DNA of 64,000 nt from an uncultured Cytophagia bacterium (lineage in GTDB: Bacteria > Zhuqueibacterota > Zhuqueibacteria > Residuimicrobiales > Residuimicrobiaceae): NCBI GenBank assembly GCA_964436305.1, contig CAYTCI010000005.1, positions 14,629 through 78,628 on the forward strand, given 5' to 3'. Positions 25,606-34,155 of this stretch are shown here, one piece after another. Numbering within the stretch: the stretch's first letter is position 1; the number at the start of each line of letters is the position of its first letter. The notes below the pieces were generated by a model. It had not been told where the DNA came from and did no database searches. It was given only the letters and a program-made list of their open reading frames with translations. Both the position numbers and the translations under genes were made by a program.

Positions 25606-28600
25606 ATGCCCCGCATGCCGAACATGGCAAAAATCGGACTTTTCCTGCTGACGCTGCTCGTCAGCCTGCCGCTCTTCGCCCAGGAGGAGCTGATCCTGCA
25701 GCAGGGGCGCAGCGGCTACAGCGGCTGCCAGGATGCGCACATCCATGCCAACAAACCCGACTGGAACACTGGCGGCGAGGAGGGGCTGGAGGCCACCGGC
25801 AACGGCGGCGAGGCGGATGCCAAACATGCGCTGCTTCGCCTTGACCTGAGCACTCTGCCGGCCGAGAGCCGCATCGATTCGGCCTGGCTCGAGCTCTACC
25901 TGGTCAAGCGGCGGACACCTCAGGGTGCGGCCAAGACCCTGGCGGTCTATCGCCTCAACCACGCCTGGACGGAAGGCAGCGGCGACGATGCCAGCGGCTA
26001 CGACGGCCGTCCGGCGGCCACGGGCGAGGTCTGCTGGTCGCACGCGGGTTACCCCGATACCCCCTGGGCGCTCCCCGGCGCCAACGGCGTGCCGCAGGAC
26101 CACGCCGCCCTCGCCGAGGACGACCTGCGGATCGATCCGGCCGACCCGGCCGGGCACTGGTACCGCTGGCAGGTGACCGCGCTGACGCAGGCCTGGCTGA
26201 GCCAGCCGGACAGCAATTTCGGGCTGCTGTTGCGCGAGCCGGCGGTCTCGGCCGCAGCCGGTATCCTCAATTTCGCCTCCGCGCAGTTCGCGGCCGATTC
26301 TCTGCGACCCCGGCTGCGGCTGCTGCTGGCGAGTTCCTCCCCCCAGACCACCGCGCTGACCATGACCGCGGCCGCCGCCTCTGGCGCCCTCACCGTCCAC
26401 TGGCCCTGCCGCGGCGACGCGAACGGCGACGGCTCTGCCGAGATCGCCCTCGCCCGCGCCGGCGACGCTCAGTGGGGCCCGCGGCAGCGGATGGAGAAGA
26501 GCGCCGCTGGCTACAATTATACGTTTACCCCTCTCACCTTCGGCCGTTATCACCTCCGCGGCTGGCTGAGCGATCCCGATGGCATCCAGGGTGAGGCGAC
26601 CCAGACCCTTTTCAATATCGAGCTGGCCGCCAACACCAGCCGCGCCGGCGCGCTCTATGCCACGCTGCTGAACGACAACAGCGTGCAGGTCGAGCTGACC
26701 TTCAGCGACGACGGCGACGCGGACAACTCGGCGCTGCTGGCGCACAAGTCCGCCACTGTGTTGGACTGGCTGGAGGACGGCCCGATGGCGCGCACGCCGG
26801 GGCGCTTCAGCCAACGGCTCACCGGCCTGAGCGGCGGAGAGCAATATGATCTGCGCGTCACCCTCCGCGACCCCGATGGTGTCAGCGGCGATTCGCTCTT
26901 CACCGCCCGCATCACCATTCCATCGGCAACCGGAGCGGTGCGCCTCCTCAGCCAGGGCCCCAAAGCCTTTGAACTCCAGTCCGGCGCTTTCACCGTCCTT
27001 TACGATAGCGCCCGCACCGGCGCCGCCCTCTGGCTCGCCTCCGCCCAGGGCCGGCAGTATGTGGTGCGCAACACCATCGCCAACGGCCTGCCCTTCGCTG
27101 TGCTCGATCCAACCCTCATCGACAGCATCCGGATTGCCACAAGCAGTGAAAGTATCGAGGTAACGATGGAGGGCCACTGGGGCAGTCTGCGTCAGCAGGC
27201 CATTATGACCGCCTACCCCGGCCATCCCGGTCTGCTCCACTGGCAATGCCGCCTGTCCGGTGCGGCGGGCATTACTATCCCCAACGGTGCGGCCGAATGC
27301 ACCTTCTTCGACCGGGAGCGCAATTACGGCGTCAGCTCCAACATCGTCTCCTGGGTGCAGCAGTCGCCCTATGCCGCCGGGGTGACCAGCGGCTACGATC
27401 CTCTCGCCCTCGAGGGTACCCTGCTCTATTTCCAGAATTTCACCGCGCTCAACGACTATTTTGCGCTGCAGCGGACCGCCCCGCGGGAGTGCGTGCGGCT
27501 GACCTCGACGGGATTCGGCTTTGAACGCCCGGGCGGCAGCCGGCCGCTGCGCAGCGAGCCGACCATCCTCAATGACGCCTGGCTCTTCCTGACCCCCGGC
27601 AAACCGGCGGGCGAGAGCGCGATGGCGGAGGGATTCCTCGCGGCGTTAGCCGATATCTATAACGGGATCGACAAGCCCGGCCTCGAGGAGACAGACTGGC
27701 AGGAGACCGCCGGCCGGCTGCTGACCGATCTCGGCGACGTGCGCTGTCAATCCACCGTCGGCGGCCAGACCCTGCTCCGCTCCTACGTCGGGGTGCCGCG
27801 CCTCAACAACGCCGAGGCGATCAGCCAGCTCGATGTGCTCGTCGCCCTGCGCCGCTATGAAGCAGTCCACGGCGAGGTGAGCCCCCTCGACGACCATCTC
27901 GCGGAGAATCTCTGGCAATTCTACAATCTGCGCCTCAACACCATGGTCAACGACGCCCCCAATGAGGGGGTGCAGGAGGGGGACAGCTGGTACGCCCTGC
28001 ACATCCACCTCGGGCTGGCGCGGCTGGCGCGCCTGGGCGACCCCAGCGCTCGCACCCTCCTCTTCCTCTCGCTGCCCAAAGTGATTCGCTTCGCCCGGGC
28101 GGTGAATTATGATTTCCCGGTCTTCTTCCGCTACACCGATGATTCGGCCATCTCGGGGCATGAATACGATGTCACCGGCGGCTACCTCTACCTCATGCTC
28201 GATGCCTGGCAGCTCAGCGGTGAGGATAGCTACCTCGCGGAGGCCAAACTGGCCGCCGAACACATCGCCGGCCACGGCTTTAACTATACCTATGAAGCGC
28301 ACATGACCGCCGCGACCTGTGCTGCCCTCGCCCGGCTCTTTCAGATCACCGGCGAGCGGCGCTACCTCGAGCTGAGCTACATGCCCTTCGCCAACCTGAT
28401 GGCGATCTCCTGGCTGTGGGAGTGCGATTACGGCTACGCGGCGGAGTACCGCACCTTCTTCGGCTTGAGTCCGATGGCCGGGGCTGCAGTGATCACCCCG
28501 ATGGAGCAGCATCAGAGCTGGAGTTATCTGCGTGAATACCGCGAGATTGCGGCCGGCGAGCTGCCCGCGGGGCTGCTGCAACTGCTCGACGGCTTTATCG

Positions 28601-29136
28601 CCTACACGCCGACAGTGATGAAATACAGCCTGCCGCCCTTTCTGCCCGGGGCGGCGCTGGTCACTGGTCCCACAGTCTATGATTCCTGGAACGTCCCGGC
28701 GTTCTATATCCCGCTGGAGGATCTGCGCGAGGGTTGGCAAAAATCGGGTTCACTCGGCCAGCAGATCTACGGCGCCGGTGCGCCCCTGGTCTTTGCGGCC
28801 GAGCTGGCCACTGGAGTCGATGGCGGCGCAAGCGAGCCTGCGCTGCCCCGGCTGGCACTGCTGGAGAACTATCCCAACCCCTTCAACGCCGGCACACGGA
28901 TTCGCTGGCAGCTGCCGGAGGCGGGCCGGGAGAGCAAGAGCGGATACACCTTGACGATTTTCGATATTCTCGGCCGCAAAGTGCGCACCTTGCCGGTAAA
29001 TACAAATTCGGGTCAAGGCGACCTTTTCTGGGACGGCCGGGATGATGCTGCCGGGGCGGTCAGCGGCGGCCTCTACCTGATCGTCCTCGAGGGCAGCGGC
29101 CGGCGGCTGGTGCGCAAGGCGCTGCTGCTGCGCTGA
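25606..29136 (+). CDS. 1176-aa T9SS-secreted protein with N-terminal DNRLRE-type domain and unassigned core
   Basis: Signal peptide LFLLTLLVSLPLFAQ. N-terminal pattern GYSGCQDAHI...KHALLRLDLSTLP...SAWLELYLV...LAVYRLNHAWTEGS matches the DNRLRE accessory domain seen on polysaccharide-active enzymes. C-terminus NYPNPFNAGTRIRWQLP...GLYLIVL...KALLLR is a type-A CTD. Confidence 0.75.
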   Translation: MPRMPNMAKIGLFLLTLLVSLPLFAQEELILQQGRSGYSGCQDAHIHANKPDWNTGGEEGLEATGNGGEADAKHALLRLDLSTLPAESRIDSAWLELYLVKRRTPQGAAKTLAVYRLNHAWTEGSGDDASGYDGRPAATGEVCWSHAGYPDTPWALPGANGVPQDHAALAEDDLRIDPADPAGHWYRWQVTALTQAWLSQPDSNFGLLLREPAVSAAAGILNFASAQFAADSLRPRLRLLLASSSPQTTALTMTAAAASGALTVHWPCRGDANGDGSAEIALARAGDAQWGPRQRMEKSAAGYNYTFTPLTFGRYHLRGWLSDPDGIQGEATQTLFNIELAANTSRAGALYATLLNDNSVQVELTFSDDGDADNSALLAHKSATVLDWLEDGPMARTPGRFSQRLTGLSGGEQYDLRVTLRDPDGVSGDSLFTARITIPSATGAVRLLSQGPKAFELQSGAFTVLYDSARTGAALWLASAQGRQYVVRNTIANGLPFAVLDPTLIDSIRIATSSESIEVTMEGHWGSLRQQAIMTAYPGHPGLLHWQCRLSGAAGITIPNGAAECTFFDRERNYGVSSNIVSWVQQSPYAAGVTSGYDPLALEGTLLYFQNFTALNDYFALQRTAPRECVRLTSTGFGFERPGGSRPLRSEPTILNDAWLFLTPGKPAGESAMAEGFLAALADIYNGIDKPGLEETDWQETAGRLLTDLGDVRCQSTVGGQTLLRSYVGVPRLNNAEAISQLDVLVALRRYEAVHGEVSPLDDHLAENLWQFYNLRLNTMVNDAPNEGVQEGDSWYALHIHLGLARLARLGDPSARTLLFLSLPKVIRFARAVNYDFPVFFRYTDDSAISGHEYDVTGGYLYLMLDAWQLSGEDSYLAEAKLAAEHIAGHGFNYTYEAHMTAATCAALARLFQITGERRYLELSYMPFANLMAISWLWECDYGYAAEYRTFFGLSPMAGAAVITPMEQHQSWSYLREYREIAAGELPAGLLQLLDGFIAYTPTVMKYSLPPFLPGAALVTGPTVYDSWNVPAFYIPLEDLREGWQKSGSLGQQIYGAGAPLVFAAELATGVDGGASEPALPRLALLENYPNPFNAGTRIRWQLPEAGRESKSGYTLTIFDILGRKVRTLPVNTNSGQGDLFWDGRDDAAGAVSGGLYLIVLEGSGRRLVRKALLLR

Positions 29137-29166
29137 GGAGTTGGATAAGGGAGAATCATACTGAAG

Positions 29167-30525
29167 ATGCGCAAGCTCATCTTGCCGGTCCTGCTCGGCC
29201 TGGCGTGTGCCCGGGCGCCGGAGGAGCCGATCCTCGCCCGCGCCGGCGGCCGGGTCATCACCCGCACCGGGTTCGTCGAGCGCGCCGAATTCAGCCCGGA
29301 GGTCCGCTTTCAGGGACCGGAATCGAAGCGGGCCGGCTATCTGCTCGATCTGCTGATTGACGAAAAACTGGCGGCCCAGGCGGCGGAGGCAGCAGGAGCG
29401 GATACCACGACGGCCATCCGGCAACTGGCCGGGTACATCGAGGAGATGGCCATGGCGCGCGAACTCTTCCGCATCGAGGTTCGCGACAAGGTGAAGCTGG
29501 ATCGGGCCGAGGTCGACCGCGCCGTCCAGCGGCAGGCACAGGTCCGCAAGGTGGACTATCTGGTCTTCGAGGATGAAGCGCTGGCGCGCCATTATCAGCA
29601 GCAGCTGGCGGCGGGTGAGCCTTTCAGCGCGGTACTGCATGCTCTCTACGGCGCGCCCGCCGATACCACGGCCAACCGCCGGCTCATCCGCTGGGGGGAA
29701 AATGAGCCGGCCATCGAGGAGGCCGCCTGGTCCCTTGAACCCGGCCGGACCTCCGGCGTCATCGGGATCAACGGTGCCTTTATGGTGCTGCGGCTGGAGG
29801 AGATCACCTCGGCGCCGGCGCTGACCGAGAGCGATCTCGCGCAGCGGACCCGCCGCGCCCGAACGGTGCTGCGCAATCGTCTGGAAGCCGCGGCAAGCGA
29901 CCGTTTTATCGCCGCTTTCGCACTGGAGAAGAAACTGCAGTTCAACCGTCAGCTGGTGGGCCGAGCCGCCGAGGAACTGGCCGGCCTCGAGGCCGCTTCA
30001 GAGGGCGCCGGCAGCGCCCTGCCGGCGGAACGCCCGGCTGCAGCCGAGATCGTCCCCGATGCCCGGCGGAGGCTGGCCGCCGAGCTGACGACGCCGCTGG
30101 CCAGCTGGAACGGCGGATCTATCACCCTCGGAGAGCTGCTGGAACGGTGGCAGGGCGCCGGTTTTACCTCCGGACAGACCACGCTGCCGGCCCGCCGCCG
30201 GGCGATCGTGCGCCGCTTCAGCCTGATCGTGCGCGATACCATGCTGGCGCAGGAGGCACGGCGGCGCGGGCTGGAACAAACACCGGCCGTGCGCGCCGAG
30301 GTGCGCAGCTGGCGCGATCACTACCTCGCCCTGGCCTGGCAGGAGCAATTGGAGAAGCACGGAAAGAGAGCTGCGGCTGAGCTGGGACAGCTGAGGAGAG
30401 AGAATGCCGTTCAGGCCGACAGCGCCATGCTGCGAGGGATCGAGCTCAGTCCCATTCCGCTGCTGGCGCTGCGCCCCGGGCAATACAACGCCCGGGTGAC
30501 GCCGCCATGGATTGTTTTTGAGTGA
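29167..30525 (+). CDS. SurA/PpiD-like periplasmic chaperone lipoprotein with parvulin-type PPIase domain
   Basis: Lipobox LLGLAC. Central segment VDYLVFEDEALARHYQQQLAAGEPFSAVL...AWSLEPGRTSGVIGINGAFMVLRLEEI fits a PpiC/parvulin fold flanked by helical SurA-like regions. Confidence 0.55.
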   Translation: MRKLILPVLLGLACARAPEEPILARAGGRVITRTGFVERAEFSPEVRFQGPESKRAGYLLDLLIDEKLAAQAAEAAGADTTTAIRQLAGYIEEMAMARELFRIEVRDKVKLDRAEVDRAVQRQAQVRKVDYLVFEDEALARHYQQQLAAGEPFSAVLHALYGAPADTTANRRLIRWGENEPAIEEAAWSLEPGRTSGVIGINGAFMVLRLEEITSAPALTESDLAQRTRRARTVLRNRLEAAASDRFIAAFALEKKLQFNRQLVGRAAEELAGLEAASEGAGSALPAERPAAAEIVPDARRRLAAELTTPLASWNGGSITLGELLERWQGAGFTSGQTTLPARRRAIVRRFSLIVRDTMLAQEARRRGLEQTPAVRAEVRSWRDHYLALAWQEQLEKHGKRAAAELGQLRRENAVQADSAMLRGIELSPIPLLALRPGQYNARVTPPWIVFE

Positions 30526-30571
30526 GGATAACCAACATTCAGGTCAAATGGACCTAACAAGAGGCAAGACC

Positions 30572-31513
30572 ATGTCACACGCTGAATTCAAGGAACTCTT
30601 CACCCGCCATCCGCGGAATCCGGTCATCGTCACCGCGGACCTGCCCTACCAGGCCAATACGGTCTTCAATGCCGCGGCGGCGCTGGTCGGCGGCGAAACC
30701 CTGCTGTTGATCCGCATCGAAGACCGGCGCGGCATCTCGCATTTGACAGTGGCCCGCAGCAAGGATGGCATCAGCGACTGGCGGGTCGATCCCCAGCCCA
30801 CCTTTCCGCCCGATCCGGACCATTATCCCGAGGAGCTCTGGGGCGTCGAGGATCCGCGCATCACCTGGATGGAGGAACTCGGCGAGTACTATTTCACCTA
30901 TACTGCCTACTCCCAGGATGGCCCCCTGGTATCACTGGCTCGCACGAAAGATTTCAGGCGCTTTACCCGCCTCGGCGGGGTGCTGCTGCCCGAGAACAAG
31001 GATGCCGCCCTCTTTCCCCGGCGCATCAACGGCCGCTACGCCATGCTCCACCGCCATGTCCTCCACAGCGGCGCCCACATCTGGATCGCCTTCTCTCCCG
31101 ACCTCAAGCATTGGGGCGACCATCAGATCGTCATGCGCGCCCGCTCCGGCGGCTGGTGGGACGCCAACAAGATCGGCCTCTCACCGCAGCCGATCCCCAC
31201 GCCCGAGGGCTGGCTCGTCCTCTATCACGGCGTTCGCGTGACCGGCGGCGGGGTGATCTACCGCCTGGGGCTGGCCCTGCTCGATCTGGAGGATCCGCGG
31301 CGGTTCCTGCGCCGCAGCGAGGAGTGGATCTTCGGCCCGATGGAGAGCTATGAACGCCAGGGGGATGTCGACAATGTCGTTTTTCCCTGCGGCTGGACCC
31401 AGCAGGGCGACGAACTGCGCCTCTATTACGGCGGAGCCGACACCTGCATCGCCCTGGCGACCGCCAGCCTCAGGGAACTGCTCGACTACCTCCGGAGCTG
31501 TCCGGAAAAATGA
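30572..31513 (+). CDS. GH130 family glycoside phosphorylase/hydrolase (beta-mannoside-acting family)
   Basis: NPVI...ANTVFNAAA, GVEDPRITW, YFTYTAYS, NKDAALFPRRINGRYAMLHR and LYYGGADT are GH130 five-bladed propeller hallmarks. No signal peptide. I prefer the ATG at 30572 over 30512, which overlaps the upstream gene. Confidence 0.85.
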   Translation: MSHAEFKELFTRHPRNPVIVTADLPYQANTVFNAAAALVGGETLLLIRIEDRRGISHLTVARSKDGISDWRVDPQPTFPPDPDHYPEELWGVEDPRITWMEELGEYYFTYTAYSQDGPLVSLARTKDFRRFTRLGGVLLPENKDAALFPRRINGRYAMLHRHVLHSGAHIWIAFSPDLKHWGDHQIVMRARSGGWWDANKIGLSPQPIPTPEGWLVLYHGVRVTGGGVIYRLGLALLDLEDPRRFLRRSEEWIFGPMESYERQGDVDNVVFPCGWTQQGDELRLYYGGADTCIALATASLRELLDYLRSCPEK

Positions 31514-31522
31514 GCGCCCGGG

Positions 31523-32740
31523 CTACCGGCCGCCGCTGAACGCCCGGTACAAGCGCACCGCATGGTGCTTCGGCGCCTGATAATAGGCCTCCGGCGTCAT
31601 ATCGAGCGTCACCTGCCGCCGCGCGGGCTGGACGACCGGTCGGGTAGCGGCGAAGCGCCGGATCACCTCCGCATGCGGCTTGAGCGAGCCGTCGGGGCGC
31701 ACCAGGCCGAAAAAGCGCTCATGCCAGGCCTGATCGCAGGGCGGCCGGTCATAAAGCTCGGGGATATAGTCGGCATAACACCAGATCATCGCCCCCAGGG
31801 CGCCCACCTCCACCAGCTTGGGCAGCACCGCTTCGATATAGCCTGCAAGATCCTCTTCAGAGGCCATGAATTGGCGGAAGGGAGTACCGTAGCGACTCCA
31901 TTCGTGGACGAAGGAGGCCTGGCCCGGCGCCGCAGTACAGCCGCCGAACTCCTCCATCAGGGAGGGTTTGCCGCAGAGCGCCGTGGTCAGGGCGCAGAGA
32001 AAGGGGACGAAATCACTGTCGAGCGGGCCATTGGACCAGTCCGCATACATTGGATAGCCGTGCATCACCGGGATGTCGACCTCGCCAAAGACGTCGTGGA
32101 TGCGCAGTCCGTTGTCCTCGAGGAGGCTGGCGACATGCAGGCCGCAGGTGACCGGATGGTTTGGATCGATCTCGCGGATGAGGGCGGTCATCCGCCGGGT
32201 CCACGCCCTTCCTCCGGCAGCATCGTCCGGCCAGGCGAAGATATCCGGCTCGTTGCCGAGGTTCCAGACCTCAATGGCCGGATGCTCGCGGAAGCGCGAG
32301 ACCACGGTGCTCAGCTGCAGTTCCGCTGCGCGCAGGACCAGCGGGTCGGTGAAGGGGTTGCGGTAGCCGCAGTCGACCACACGCCCGCCGCTGACCACCT
32401 GCCAGATGCGCGGCGGCATCGGCTGGCCCGGCTGCAGCATCCAGGCAGGGGTCCAGGAGGGACCGCTCATGTGGCCGGTGAAAAAGGTCACGTTGAGGCG
32501 CAGGCCCTGGCTGCTGGCAATGTCGCAGACCTGCCCGAAATGGTTGAGCGCCGCCGGATCGACAACATCCGGGGCCGGCTGCCAATCCTCCCAGAGGAGG
32601 AAGAGGCGCACCACCTCCAGGCCGATCTCCCGGATAACCGCAAACTCCTCCCGAACCTCCCCGGCATCGAAATCCTGCCACCAGTACATGGCCTTGCGCC
32701 GCGGCCAATAGTTGACGCCCAAACGGAAGGGCTGCTGCAT
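31523..32740 (-). CDS. Clan GH-A (GH5-like) glycoside hydrolase, cytoplasmic
   Basis: TIM-barrel pattern GVNYWP, acid/base VWNLGNEPD and nucleophile LMEEFGG. No signal peptide. Convergent with GH130, with only 9 nt between the stops. Confidence 0.75.
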   Translation of the reverse strand: MQQPFRLGVNYWPRRKAMYWWQDFDAGEVREEFAVIREIGLEVVRLFLLWEDWQPAPDVVDPAALNHFGQVCDIASSQGLRLNVTFFTGHMSGPSWTPAWMLQPGQPMPPRIWQVVSGGRVVDCGYRNPFTDPLVLRAAELQLSTVVSRFREHPAIEVWNLGNEPDIFAWPDDAAGGRAWTRRMTALIREIDPNHPVTCGLHVASLLEDNGLRIHDVFGEVDIPVMHGYPMYADWSNGPLDSDFVPFLCALTTALCGKPSLMEEFGGCTAAPGQASFVHEWSRYGTPFRQFMASEEDLAGYIEAVLPKLVEVGALGAMIWCYADYIPELYDRPPCDQAWHERFFGLVRPDGSLKPHAEVIRRFAATRPVVQPARRQVTLDMTPEAYYQAPKHHAVRLYRAFSGGR

Positions 32741-32826
32741 GGCTCTACCCTCTCTGTTTTTTTTGTGTCAAGCGATGCCGGCGAGGAACCTCTCCGCATC
32801 AACGCGCTGAACTGGTCTAGTCGGGA

Positions 32827-33003
32827 TCCTTGGCGCTGCCTTTTGCTTTTCGATAAATTATAGCACCGATCAGGATTATGGCCACTCCCAGGCTGAAAAA
32901 AACAATCTTGACCCCGAGCAGGGCCACGATCAGGAATAGTGCTCCGGCGATGATCAACATCATTCCGCCGGTTTTTGGATTGGCTGCGGGCATGGATTCC
33001 TCC
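32827..33003 (-). CDS. 58-aa two-TM membrane micro-protein (below the ORF-track length cutoff)
   Basis: My own translation is MPAANPKTGGMMLIIAGALFLIVALLGVKIVFFSLGVAIILIGAIIYRKAKGSAKDPD*. GGAGGA lies 5 nt upstream of the ATG, 22 nt downstream of the methyltransferase stop on the same strand. Confidence 0.5.
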
Positions 33004-33025
33004 GGTTGTCTTGTGAGTAACAGGG

Positions 33026-33622
33026 CTATAATAGAATGAAGAGATAGTCCATGGCAATGGTGATGGGCTCTCCTGCAGGATATTTTTGCGCACGGTCGAT
33101 GGCCACCTGCCCCTGCCCCTTGATCCGTTCTTCCAGCCGGGCCCGGTTGTCGAAGGCCTGAACCGTGTGGAAATCAGCACGGCGCCTGATACCGGCGGTC
33201 GCGAGGGCGGCAAAGCTGCGCTCGATCTTCACCTCTTCGCAGGTATGCCAGGCCCATTCCGAACCCGGTGCGTGATCGAAGATGATGATCTCCGGCGCCA
33301 GCGTGCGGGCGTGCGCGATGGCGGCAGCGGGATCCTCCATCTCATGCAGGCTGAATTCAAAGACCACTACATCAACCTTGCGACGGTGCACCAAAAAATC
33401 CTCGAGAAAAAAGTGCATCCTTTCCTTGAGGGTGTCCTCAACCATTTTTTTCATCAAGGCTTCAAGGGCAGTCGGATCGCTGTCGACCGCCGCGATCTCG
33501 CGAGCCTGGCGATAGAGTTCGATCAACTGTCCCTCTCCAGCGCCAACCAAACAGACGCTTTTGTTGGTAAAAGAGTAACATTCCCGCAAATTGAGCACAA
33601 GCTGTACCAGATCGGTGGCCAT
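33026..33622 (-). CDS. Class I SAM-dependent methyltransferase
   Basis: Motif I-like VCLVGAGEGQLI, acidic loop AAVDSD and motif DVVVFEFSLHEMEDP. GAAGGAG SD upstream. Confidence 0.7.
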   Translation of the reverse strand: MATDLVQLVLNLRECYSFTNKSVCLVGAGEGQLIELYRQAREIAAVDSDPTALEALMKKMVEDTLKERMHFFLEDFLVHRRKVDVVVFEFSLHEMEDPAAAIAHARTLAPEIIIFDHAPGSEWAWHTCEEVKIERSFAALATAGIRRRADFHTVQAFDNRARLEERIKGQGQVAIDRAQKYPAGEPITIAMDYLFILL

Positions 33623-33739
33623 TGACAGGCTCCTTCACCATGTGCGCGACCTTTGGCGCGCCGGGGTCAGATCGGGGGGCTAATCTCCCTCCCGCCGGCG
33701 ACGAGGCGGGATCGGCTCCACGCCAAGCCAAAATACTCC

Positions 33740-33767
33740 TTGCAACTGAGCGGTGGACTCTTAAATT
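33740..33767 (+). promoter_or_regulatory. Candidate promoter TTGCAA-16-TAAATT placing the transcription start at or next to the ATG of the ATL gene (leaderless)
   Basis: TTGCAA at 33740-33745, 16-nt spacer, TAAATT at 33762-33767. The ATG at 33774 is 7 nt after the -10. No SD in between. Confidence 0.35.
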
Positions 33768-33773
33768 TAATAC

Positions 33774-34082
33774 ATGGCAAGCATATTTCAAAGCATCCAC
33801 GAGCTGGTGGCGAAAATTCCTCCAGGCAGAGTGGCCACCTACGGACAGATAGCGGCGATGCTGGGGGTGCCGGGTGGCGCCCGCACCGTCGGCTGGGCGA
33901 TGCATGGTTTGCCGGAGGGCAGTGAAGTGCCCTGGCATCGGGTGATCGGCGTCGGCGGCTGTGTCCGCCTGCCCGAGTACACCGGCAGGGCGGTACAAGT
34001 GATGCTGCTGCGTCAGGAGGGGGTTGAAGTGGATGGCCGCGGGCGGATCGATCTGGAAAAATATCAGTGGGTGGTGGACTGA
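33774..34082 (+). CDS. Alkyltransferase-like (ATL) protein, MGMT-family DNA-binding domain lacking the acceptor cysteine
   Basis: IPPGRVATYGQIA helix-turn-helix region. Active-site motif reads PWHRV (33930-33944) instead of PCHRV, the defining ATL substitution. Only 102 aa. Confidence 0.8.
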   Translation: MASIFQSIHELVAKIPPGRVATYGQIAAMLGVPGGARTVGWAMHGLPEGSEVPWHRVIGVGGCVRLPEYTGRAVQVMLLRQEGVEVDGRGRIDLEKYQWVVD

Positions 34083-34155
34083 GAGAGGTGGTCCGGAGTG
34101 CCCGGGCAATGGATAAATTCCCGGCTGCAAGTAAAACCAATTCAAGGAGGTACCT

